A stretch of DNA of 64,000 nucleotides from a virus. Taxonomy: Duplodnaviria > Caudoviricetes. Position 1 is the stretch's first letter. Every line of letters begins with the position of its first letter. The DNA lies in IMG/VR virus record IMGVR_UViG_3300011989_000257, positions 320,001 through 384,000 of that record; one strand, 5' to 3'. The notes beneath the pieces are model-generated. The model was not told the DNA's origin and did no database searches. It was given only the letters and a program-made list of their open reading frames with translations. The position numbers were made by a program, and so were the translations under genes. Positions 40,128 through 48,742 of this stretch are shown piece after piece.

Positions 40128-42113
40128 TTAAATGGTTTTAACCCTAATTTTTATATCATCTCCATCTGGATTCTTTATCTCATACATGCTGTTGTAATCA
40201 CTATACAAAACTTTATCAGTAGCATTTAAATCCAATTGTTTTTGTCCCTCAAACATGCTTTCAGTAGGAGTGTCACAGCTACTACCTTCCACTATCGTTG
40301 GTAAAGGGCATATATCTTCACTATAGCCGTTGCCGTGCAATGTATACACTTTAAGGCTGATGATACTGATTACGCCATCTTGCGTATTGATTTCTTTCTC
40401 CAAATCACCGACAAATATATCCTCACCCATGTCATGATTATTAACATTGAAATAATCCTTAATCTTCTCTATGACATTTGAAACGACATTGGCTGTGTTG
40501 TAATTTTTGTCAGTAAACAAATCAACTGCAACTCCGATATTATAGATTCTTCCGCTTCTAATTTCAATGTAATCATTTATCTGCTTGTAATTGGTCATGT
40601 ACTCCTTTATATTATCAACCAATGTACTTGGTAGATAAGATGTCAATTTTCCTTCTCCATCTAGTCCAAGCATATCAATCTCTATCTTGTTATTAGTTTC
40701 CACAACACTGCTTCTGAATGGAGCACCATATTTAGGAGGCATCTGCATAAGTTTAACCTTATAGTCCTTAACAGTCACAGCACGGTTCTGTGATGATGTA
40801 TTGTACTTCATAAGAGCCTTTATTTCATCTGTTGATGGTTCGTCTTTACCAGCCAATGCTGTTGAAATATTTGTGACTTTCATGGAATTAATTACATTAC
40901 CTCTAATAGTACCGTTAGTACCTTCCACATTGCCCCAATCTATGTTTGCGACTGTAATTTTGTTGATTGAACCAGGTCCTAAATTAGTTGATATTCCTCC
41001 ACCTACACGATAAAGTATGAACATAGTCCATCCTTCTTTTGGTAGTACCCCTAACATATCATTATTAATAATTCTAGAGGCTATGTATTGACCATATGTT
41101 GTAGTATTACTAGGAACTGTCTCGTATCCATTTCCAGCACCAAATATTACCTTCATATAGCCATTATCTGTAAATTCCGTGATGAACTTCTGAGTTAATG
41201 GTTTCCACTTACCACGATAATATCTAGTTGTTCTTGTAGTGGTGCTATCACCCTCAGTATCATCATCATATACCTCTGGATTATATATATCCTTAATTAT
41301 ATTATTATCAATCTTATTGAATTCGCTTCCAAACCTCCATTGGTCTGCCAATGAATCACATTCAAAAAAACGATATGTCATTACAGCAGCACTTGTAGTC
41401 CTAAATTCTTCAGAATCAATATAATATTCATATATCTCTGGATTTTCATTAAAATCAGAAGATTCTTTAAATATTATTGATTCTACATTCATAACATTTG
41501 ATTCTGGCAATACAAATTCCATAAACGGCTGAAGGTCTGATGAATATATAACTTTCTTATATACCTTGGTATTTCCATTTACAGCAATAGTAGACTTGGT
41601 AACAGTATATCCTGTAATATTACCATTATTGTCTCTAGACGCAACTATTTTTCTATTAGAATAGCCATTCTCATTGAATTGTTCAGCAAAATTCACATTT
41701 TCCATTAGTTCAAAGTTATATGCCCCAGCAGAAACGATACTAGTTTTCTGTAATATTGGAGCATATTGCCAATCTGGGACAGATATATTTGTACTATTAA
41801 CTGGCAGTTCACAACTAATTTCTATTTCGCATGTAGATGCTTTACGTCCTGGAATCTTCAATCCATTAGTTCTAGCCATATTCAATACAGTGCTTCTAAG
41901 ATTCGCACTATCAAGATTAGTTTCTTGGTACATTCTATCCGTATGGTAACTTAAGTCATCACCAACTGCTGAAACAAGGTCGATAAACCATGAACCAATG
42001 CTAGAATCATTAAAATCATTGAATATTTCTGGATAATATTGATTACTGAATTTTAATAATTCTTCTTTTATACCTTCAAAATCTCGTTGCAAATAATTTA
42101 TCTTTTTTTCCAT
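40128..42113 (-). CDS. Baseplate wedge subunit (T4 gp6/baseplate J-like)
   Basis: INY..RDF..IK..L, S.G..FIDL.S.VGD.LSY, QNRAVT..DY. Confidence 0.88.
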   Translation of the reverse strand: MEKKINYLQRDFEGIKEELLKFSNQYYPEIFNDFNDSSIGSWFIDLVSAVGDDLSYHTDRMYQETNLDSANLRSTVLNMARTNGLKIPGRKASTCEIEISCELPVNSTNISVPDWQYAPILQKTSIVSAGAYNFELMENVNFAEQFNENGYSNRKIVASRDNNGNITGYTVTKSTIAVNGNTKVYKKVIYSSDLQPFMEFVLPESNVMNVESIIFKESSDFNENPEIYEYYIDSEEFRTTSAAVMTYRFFECDSLADQWRFGSEFNKIDNNIIKDIYNPEVYDDDTEGDSTTTRTTRYYRGKWKPLTQKFITEFTDNGYMKVIFGAGNGYETVPSNTTTYGQYIASRIINNDMLGVLPKEGWTMFILYRVGGGISTNLGPGSINKITVANIDWGNVEGTNGTIRGNVINSMKVTNISTALAGKDEPSTDEIKALMKYNTSSQNRAVTVKDYKVKLMQMPPKYGAPFRSSVVETNNKIEIDMLGLDGEGKLTSYLPSTLVDNIKEYMTNYKQINDYIEIRSGRIYNIGVAVDLFTDKNYNTANVVSNVIEKIKDYFNVNNHDMGEDIFVGDLEKEINTQDGVISIISLKVYTLHGNGYSEDICPLPTIVEGSSCDTPTESMFEGQKQLDLNATDKVLYSDYNSMYEIKNPDGDDIKIRVKTI

Positions 42114-42502
42114 TATACTTGTACTACTATGCTGTCATTAGTTATTTTATTCCCTTCTGTAACACTATAATCAAGTCTCACATATATTTCTGATTCATCT
42201 TCTTCATTCTTAACCACTTGTATATTGTTAAGTGTTATATCGTTAGACCACCTTCTAACTGATTCACTCACTTCATTTTTAACTGATTCCCATGTCACCC
42301 CTTCATTTGGGTCAAATATGAATTTGATAAGGTCTGTTCCAAACTCAGGCAGCCTAATCCTCTGCCCTTTAGGAGTGAATACGATATGCATAATCTCGCT
42401 TCTAGCCTTTTCCTTTGGAGTATCGTTTGTGTCGATGAAAAAGTGCTGAAATCCATCTGTACGAAAAGGGTATTTTATACCAAAATATTGTCTTTTAGCC
42501 AT
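42113..42502 (-). CDS. Baseplate wedge subunit (T4 gp25/GPW-like)
   Basis: GIKYPF...TPKGQRIRLPEFGTDL..FIFDP. Confidence 0.9.
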   Translation of the reverse strand: MAKRQYFGIKYPFRTDGFQHFFIDTNDTPKEKARSEIMHIVFTPKGQRIRLPEFGTDLIKFIFDPNEGVTWESVKNEVSESVRRWSNDITLNNIQVVKNEEDESEIYVRLDYSVTEGNKITNDSIVVQV

Positions 42503-42623
42503 TATCTCAAAAATTATTTATAATAAGTATATAAAAAATAATTTTTTAAACCATTAAAATAAATAAAATTTAGGTAAATACCTTTTAACGAAAACTACTA
42601 TTTATTAAAAAAAATATACAAAC

Positions 42624-44564
42624 ATGAGTACAGGATTAATAGTTTTAATTGTTTTCATCATCCTTATAATAGGATGTGTTGTTTGGTTCTTTATAAATAA
42701 TAAGAAACCAGACCCAACACCAGTACCTGATACTGGTGACACCCCTGACACAGGAGACACACCAACACCACCTACTCCAGACCCTGACCCACAGCCAGAC
42801 CCTGACACTGGTGACACACCTGACACTGGAGATACACCAACTCCTCCAGAACCAGAACCTCCTTGCATTTGTGAAAGTGAGACACATAGAATTCAAGATT
42901 CTATACCATCAGGTGTAACATCTGAGCCAATACAAGTTGGTACATATGACAATGGCAATATGTGTGAATGCACGTGGTCTGTCATAGGAGTGAAGACTGG
43001 TGAGGATTTCCTTAAGGATTTCAAATTCGAAGACGGAAAGATATTCGCCATCGTGTCAAAGACTAATGACGGTGAGGAAAGAACCACAAGATACATAACA
43101 CATCTAGAAGGTGAGAATGTATCTAAGGATGACTATTTCGATGTAACCCAGAAAAGTGGTATTGACAAGGAATTTGAGACATATGTCGATGCGTTCAAGG
43201 AATATGCTGTCATTGCTAGAAGCGGTGCAACATATAACTATCTGAAGGTGTTATATGATGAGGCAAAGAATCAGTTCAACGAGGTTGACTCTACAAATGG
43301 TGTACCACAGTTATACAAAGAGGAGAATTTCCCTAACATATATAACATATACGGCAACGATGGCACAGAAAGCAAGGGATTCATCAGTATGGTGGGATGG
43401 TTATTTGCACTTCAATTGTCAGAACTAAAGCCAAGATACAGGTCATATATGCTTAAGATTGGCTATGAACTTGGTGGGTATGACAGATATTCAAACATAT
43501 ATGGTTATAAGTTCAAGGCAGACCCTAATGTGGCAAGATTGGTTGCTTCCACACTATACAGCAGTATGAGGTCTTTGAAGAAACCTAATGTTGATGCGAT
43601 GAGGGCTGAAATTGGTGGTAGCAAATATGACCAATCTCTTGAAGTATTGAGTAAAAGCAGCAGAGATGCTGTGAGCAAGGGAGATTTCTTCATTGACTTC
43701 AGGAAGTTCCTTCCAACAGCGCCTGGTCCTTATGCTCCTGGATATACAACACGTCCTGATGAGACATTCCCAAATGAGAAGAAGGAGAGCAACAAGAACT
43801 TGTCAGTAGATGCTGCAATACACGAAATGGTTGTGCAGACATACAATATGAACAGCGTAGAATATTCTGCAAGCAGTGTGCAAGCAATTGCTGATGAGGA
43901 ATGCTGTAAGTATCACGTATTTGGCAAAGATAAGGTAATAGGTCAATACAAGTTCCATCCAGTATTTGGAAAGGAGACCATAGGCACTGAAATATCTCCT
44001 GATAAATATGTAGGGGGATTGGCTGAGCTTATGCTTTATGTTGCAAGCGCATCAAGGGGTATAATGCAGAGTGCCACTGTTAACCCTAAACAATATGGTA
44101 GATTAAGACCTGGCTGTTCTTGGCAACAAGAGGCGAAAAAGAACTCTACAACCGATGACAGAAGAAACGTATTGTGTGAGATTGACATTGAAGACAATGA
44201 TGGCTGTAAGGAGACTGCAAACTCAGTAGGATACTACAACAAGGATGGCGTTTGGGTATACACGCAAGCACAAGAGGACAAGTATTGCGAGACGAAGAAG
44301 AATTCGCTTTATGCCAACTCATATCCTTCAGGTCACTCAAGTGGTATGTGGGGCGCTGCAATGATGCTTGTTGAATTGTTCCCAGAGAAGGCTGACAAGA
44401 TTATGAAGGAGGCAAACCAGTTCGCTATCAACAGAACTATTGTAAGGTGGCACTGGACTTCAGATACAATTAACGGTAGGGTGCTTGGTGGAGCAACACA
44501 CGCTGTATGTCACGCAACAAGCGACTATGATACAATGTTAAATAAGGCTAAGAAAGAGCTTTAA
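42624..44564 (+). CDS. Membrane-anchored class A acid phosphatase/PAP2 enzyme (TM, Pro/Asp/Thr linker, BACON-like domain, catalytic domain)
   Basis: N-terminal hydrophobic helix; KQYGRLRP, SYPSGHS, NRTIVRWHWTSD; paralog of 16490..18133. Confidence 0.88.
   Translation: MSTGLIVLIVFIILIIGCVVWFFINNKKPDPTPVPDTGDTPDTGDTPTPPTPDPDPQPDPDTGDTPDTGDTPTPPEPEPPCICESETHRIQDSIPSGVTSEPIQVGTYDNGNMCECTWSVIGVKTGEDFLKDFKFEDGKIFAIVSKTNDGEERTTRYITHLEGENVSKDDYFDVTQKSGIDKEFETYVDAFKEYAVIARSGATYNYLKVLYDEAKNQFNEVDSTNGVPQLYKEENFPNIYNIYGNDGTESKGFISMVGWLFALQLSELKPRYRSYMLKIGYELGGYDRYSNIYGYKFKADPNVARLVASTLYSSMRSLKKPNVDAMRAEIGGSKYDQSLEVLSKSSRDAVSKGDFFIDFRKFLPTAPGPYAPGYTTRPDETFPNEKKESNKNLSVDAAIHEMVVQTYNMNSVEYSASSVQAIADEECCKYHVFGKDKVIGQYKFHPVFGKETIGTEISPDKYVGGLAELMLYVASASRGIMQSATVNPKQYGRLRPGCSWQQEAKKNSTTDDRRNVLCEIDIEDNDGCKETANSVGYYNKDGVWVYTQAQEDKYCETKKNSLYANSYPSGHSSGMWGAAMMLVELFPEKADKIMKEANQFAINRTIVRWHWTSDTINGRVLGGATHAVCHATSDYDTMLNKAKKEL
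42708..42862 (+). repeat. Low-complexity coding repeat, (PDTGDT)2-PTPP duplicated
   Basis: PDTGDTPDTGDTPTPP occurs twice. Confidence 0.85.
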
Positions 44565-44598
44565 GAAAAAAGCGTAGGAACAATCCTACGCTTTTTTT
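44565..44598. terminator. Bidirectional intrinsic terminator
   Basis: AAAAAAGCGTAGGA-ACAA-TCCTACGCTTTTTTT between convergent genes. Confidence 0.88.
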
Positions 44599-44600
44599 AT

Positions 44601-45221
44601 TCAATATATTGTCCAAATTTCCATAAATTTATTAAAATCATCGTATGGTATAATAGAATAACCATTATCGCCATAAGACCTTCCCCATGAATTCCTTATA
44701 ATAAATCCATCTTCATTATATCCGACAATGGCAACAGCATGACCACCTTCATAATCTCCATAAGCACTATCCCAAAATTCAGTTACCCTTGAATCGTATA
44801 CTGGTAATGCCCCTACACATGGTCCATTTAATATAAGGGCTTGTTTTAAACAAATCATACTACCAATTGTGGCATATCTATCTATAGTCTCAACACCTTC
44901 CTTAGTTGATACACCCTCATGTTTTAAAAACTTAAGTCCATCCTTAAACGTCATTCCTTCACTGCTTTTAACAGAACTGCTGTCAAATATCTCTTGTAAA
45001 TCAACTTCATTATCGACTTTATTTTCTCCAGTATCTGTATTTATTACCCAATTTATATAGGCAGACAATGAGCAAGGAACGCATATAGGCTTATTTCCTT
45101 GGTCAATAACTGATGGAAGGTATTTCTTGTATGAATACTCAATTGGTATTTCAAAGTCCCTAATTTTCTTGAACTTTGTTTCAGACCCATCCATCTTCGA
45201 AGGTACAAATCCGTAATTCAT
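44601..45221 (-). CDS. Papain-like cysteine peptidase (C1 family)
   Basis: DQGNKPIC (oxyanion Gln and catalytic Cys), GGHAVAIVGY (His), IIRNSWG (Asn). Confidence 0.9.
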   Translation of the reverse strand: MNYGFVPSKMDGSETKFKKIRDFEIPIEYSYKKYLPSVIDQGNKPICVPCSLSAYINWVINTDTGENKVDNEVDLQEIFDSSSVKSSEGMTFKDGLKFLKHEGVSTKEGVETIDRYATIGSMICLKQALILNGPCVGALPVYDSRVTEFWDSAYGDYEGGHAVAIVGYNEDGFIIRNSWGRSYGDNGYSIIPYDDFNKFMEIWTIY

Positions 45222-45223
45222 AG

Positions 45224-45550
45224 TTAATCCTTAATTATACGCTTTGTTATTTTCACACTGTCATTCATCAACTCCTCTACCTTATACACGGTCTCATATC
45301 TGCCGTTTGATTTCATATAGAGGAAAAGTGAATGCTTGTCCCTTGACTCATATTCCTTAAGCCCAAGGAACTTCCATTCGGTCAAACTCTTAGGTAATGT
45401 ATCTGCAACACACATCGAATCAAACTGTACATATGAATATTTACCTTTCATTGTATTGACCATGACATCTCCCTTGTCTATCTTCTCAATCACCTTCGGA
45501 TTGCAAGAAAGGAAGAAAATACACATTATTATATATATTATATTCCTCAT
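45224..45550 (-). CDS. Putative lipoprotein
   Basis: MRNIIYIIMCIFFLS-C signal with an FLSC lipobox. Confidence 0.75.
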   Translation of the reverse strand: MRNIIYIIMCIFFLSCNPKVIEKIDKGDVMVNTMKGKYSYVQFDSMCVADTLPKSLTEWKFLGLKEYESRDKHSLFLYMKSNGRYETVYKVEELMNDSVKITKRIIKD

Positions 45551-45562
45551 ATCTATAAATAT

Positions 45563-45590
45563 AAAAAGGTAGCCATTTCTAGCTACCTTT
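45563..45590 (-). terminator. Terminator after nrdG, directly followed by a TATTTAT motif (45555-45561)
   Basis: AAAGGTAGC-TAGAAATG-GCTACCTTTTT. Confidence 0.7.
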
Positions 45591-46073
45591 CTTCCAAAAT
45601 AAATGAGTTATATCCTCAAAATCAATCTGTTCAACGCCCTCACTCTCAAAAATCTTATGTTTCAGCTTATAAAGTTTTTGATTTGTGGTTTTTTTATTCA
45701 ATCCACCCAATTCCTCATCGTAATGTCCTAACTTAATGTAATCGAAATAATGGAAATTGATACTTTTATAATACGAATCTCTTCCACTATACCACCCAAC
45801 CTTTAGGTGTTTATTATCATGCACATATTCTGCTAAATCTTGTATTGCTTGTGGCTCAGCGTCTCCACCCATAAAGCATACAGTTGTAATGCCGTTATTT
45901 TTCTCTATCAGCCTATCCAATTCTTCAGTAGTCAACTCAGTACCTATATCTTCCCATAGGAACTTTGAATGACATCCTTTACAATGGCAAGGGCAATTGG
46001 TTATGTTAACCGCCAACGTTATCTCATTTGGTATTTCCTCAAATACCACCATTGCATTATAATATTTTACCAT
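45579..46073 (-). CDS. nrdG: Anaerobic ribonucleotide reductase activase (radical SAM)
   Basis: VVFEEIPNEITLA.NITNCPCHCKGCHS (CX3CX2C); start reassigned to MVKYYN at 46073. Confidence 0.93.
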   Translation of the reverse strand: MVKYYNAMVVFEEIPNEITLAVNITNCPCHCKGCHSKFLWEDIGTELTTEELDRLIEKNNGITTVCFMGGDAEPQAIQDLAEYVHDNKHLKVGWYSGRDSYYKSINFHYFDYIKLGHYDEELGGLNKKTTNQKLYKLKHKIFESEGVEQIDFEDITHLFWKKGS

Positions 46074-46078
46074 AAAAC

Positions 46079-46321
46079 TTATATTTCTCTTTTTGGTATT
46101 TTTGTTCCATCTAATACATATAATCCGCATTCGCATTTACCCTTTATAGTATAATCTGTACAAGGGCAATGCAAATCCTTTCCTTCATAATCCTCAGAAT
46201 TGTGTACGCAAGGGCACAGTCTTTCGTTTTTCTCACACCTTTTAAGTATTGCATTCACAACCTTATCGTTCGGGTTCAGAACCCATCCTTCTTTTCTAAG
46301 TATCTGTATCATATCAATCAT
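46079..46321 (-). CDS. Ferredoxin:thioredoxin reductase catalytic (beta) subunit-like Fe-S protein
   Basis: GWVLNP...LCPC...HCPC...CECGLY (CPC/CPC/CxC triad); start at 46321 or 46312. Confidence 0.8.
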   Translation of the reverse strand: MIDMIQILRKEGWVLNPNDKVVNAILKRCEKNERLCPCVHNSEDYEGKDLHCPCTDYTIKGKCECGLYVLDGTKIPKREI

Positions 46322-46362
46322 TCTAAGATTAAAATTGGGTACTGATTGAGTACCCAAATTAT

Positions 46363-48555
46363 TTATTCTACATTATAATATCTCATATGTTCCTCGGTCT
46401 GTCTTGCTTCATTAAATGAGCTAACACGCTTAAGATAACCTATAATTCTAGTTAAATAGTCTATATTATGGCTACCACATTTAGGACAAACATCAAGAGT
46501 ATCTTTACTTATATGACCGCAATCGTTGCAAACTGAATTCTTACAATTGAACGTGAAATAACTACACCCATATTCAGAAGCAACCCTTAGTAGTTGTCTA
46601 TATTGCTCAAATGAAAGGTGTTCATTTATATTAAGGTGAGCTGCTTGTCCTCCGTCAAGATACTTTACATATTCATTACCGTGCAGTTTCATCTTATCCA
46701 ATATTGAAAGACTAGTATCCTCAGGATTGAAGAAATAGCTGCTGTACATTATATGTTTTGGAGAGACATAATATCCATCCTTTTTATCCCAATTATAATT
46801 CTTATTTGAAAGATTCTCGCCAGGTACAAACTCTGTGTTGTACATGCAATCCCTTGTCTTATCCTTTTTATTGGAAATATTAATAGTTTCAAGAATTAGA
46901 TTAACAAACTCCTTGTAATCATCGTTAAGATTTGCATCTATTGAAAGGAATTCTGCTGCATCTGTTAGTCCATTAACACCAATAGTAAGATATTGTTTCT
47001 TCATATTAATGAAGCCAGCTCTATAGATGTCAAGCATATTTGCATTCAAGAAATCCTTTATAATCTCATTAAATGCCCTCTGATACTTATGAACTCTTTC
47101 AGTAATTTCAGTTATACCGTTTGAGATATACTGATAAAGTAATTTCTTATCCTTTACTTTATTAATATCTATTTGCTGTTCTCTCTCTAGTATAATTCCT
47201 TCGTATTCCTCAAAGTATTCTCTTGCTGCATTCTGTATTACTCTGTTGAGATTAATAGTCATAACTGATTTAGAACCAGTCGCAACTGACGCAGTACCCA
47301 TTGAGAATTGATGTGTTGTATGGTTATGTTCTTCATCTTCACCATCTTTAAGCGAGTTTCTTAGTCGGCAACAGCTTGATAGACTATCTGGTGAATCACT
47401 CAAATAACAGAAGAATGAATGTCCCTCAGCCCACATTTCTGCTGTGAAATCAGCATATTCCTTATCTACTATATCGTGTCCATCTGTTAGCATTGCCATT
47501 GTTTCGACAGGGAATGTAAGTATATATTTGGTTCTTTCTTCATTGAACCACTTCATAAACTTCTTCTGCAACCAAGACAATGTTTCCCATTTTGGCGCTG
47601 TTCCATCAGGAAACTTGAATTCTCCAAATACACCATCGAAATAATTTTTATCAAAATAACCAACATTCCAAAAAACTGTTTGATAACCACGATTACCTGC
47701 TGGCATATTCATTGAATGCACAACTTGCTGGAACGCATTCTCGATTACTTGCTCAAGTGTTCTACTCTTTCTGTTTATCTCTACAACCTTATTAAGTATT
47801 TCGAGATAATCATCACCATAGTCTTTTCTGATGAAATAATCCATATACATAAGGAACTCTGGGGTAGCAACTGCGCCCATAAACTGTGATGAAACCGAAT
47901 ATACTAGATTAATGAACTCTCCACAGTAGGACTTCAAATCAGTTGGAGCTTTAGATTGTCCTCCAATTTTTGTTAAACCATCAATTAGGAATGGATACAT
48001 CGTAATTGCAACACAATATGGATATCCTGGAGTTCCGCTTTCATCATGTTTATACAGAACATGGCTTTCTAAGTCTTTTATATATTGGTCTGCAAGTTTT
48101 TTAGAATACAATGCTTTTATTTTATTGTGCATTATATATCTATTTTGTTGAATGTTTTTCCCTTTATGTAGTTCTTGACCCAAGGTAACAACGTTTTTGT
48201 TCTCGACATTGGCGTTTGAATCATATTTAGAACCAGTTGAGGCATTTGACGCACTGATATAATCCCTTATGAAGTCACTATCCTTTTTAAGGACTTTATC
48301 CTTGTCTTGTTTCTCTTCAAATTTCTTAATATATTCTCTTGCAACTTTTTTATTTACTGACATCAATGCTTCTTCAACTTGTCTTCTGATTTCATTTGAA
48401 GAAATCTTGTCATAAATAAAAAGATTATCTATTAGAGATTCAATTAATCCATCTGGACATACTTCTTTTACTGCTGTATATGCCTCACAGATTCCATGTT
48501 TCACCTTATCAGAATTGTATTCTTCAAAGGTACTATCACTTTTTCTTACTTCCAT
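46363..48555 (-). CDS. nrdD: Class III (anaerobic) ribonucleoside-triphosphate reductase with ATP cone
   Basis: ATP cone, YKHDE..PYC, SSCCRL, CNDC..CPKCGS, TRIIGYL glycyl-radical motif. Confidence 0.97.
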   Translation of the reverse strand: MEVRKSDSTFEEYNSDKVKHGICEAYTAVKEVCPDGLIESLIDNLFIYDKISSNEIRRQVEEALMSVNKKVAREYIKKFEEKQDKDKVLKKDSDFIRDYISASNASTGSKYDSNANVENKNVVTLGQELHKGKNIQQNRYIMHNKIKALYSKKLADQYIKDLESHVLYKHDESGTPGYPYCVAITMYPFLIDGLTKIGGQSKAPTDLKSYCGEFINLVYSVSSQFMGAVATPEFLMYMDYFIRKDYGDDYLEILNKVVEINRKSRTLEQVIENAFQQVVHSMNMPAGNRGYQTVFWNVGYFDKNYFDGVFGEFKFPDGTAPKWETLSWLQKKFMKWFNEERTKYILTFPVETMAMLTDGHDIVDKEYADFTAEMWAEGHSFFCYLSDSPDSLSSCCRLRNSLKDGEDEEHNHTTHQFSMGTASVATGSKSVMTINLNRVIQNAAREYFEEYEGIILEREQQIDINKVKDKKLLYQYISNGITEITERVHKYQRAFNEIIKDFLNANMLDIYRAGFINMKKQYLTIGVNGLTDAAEFLSIDANLNDDYKEFVNLILETINISNKKDKTRDCMYNTEFVPGENLSNKNYNWDKKDGYYVSPKHIMYSSYFFNPEDTSLSILDKMKLHGNEYVKYLDGGQAAHLNINEHLSFEQYRQLLRVASEYGCSYFTFNCKNSVCNDCGHISKDTLDVCPKCGSHNIDYLTRIIGYLKRVSSFNEARQTEEHMRYYNVE

Positions 48556-48742
48556 TAAAGCAAAACTTTATTTCCGTTATTTTATTATTTTAGATTCGGT
48601 TAACCATTATTTTATTTTTACATCTGATGTTAAAATAAATATGATTTCAAACTATAAAAAACAATCAAAAATAAAAAAAATTGGTCATCAATTTTATAAG
48701 TTTCTGATAACCAATTTATAGTGATTGAAAAAGATAAAAAAA

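Noticed and set aside
42605-42918. Gly/Ser/Val-rich minus-strand ORFs and a possible CRISPR-like repeat
   Set aside because: Simply the reverse complement of the PDTGDT linker of the anchored phosphatase; no repeat-spacer structure
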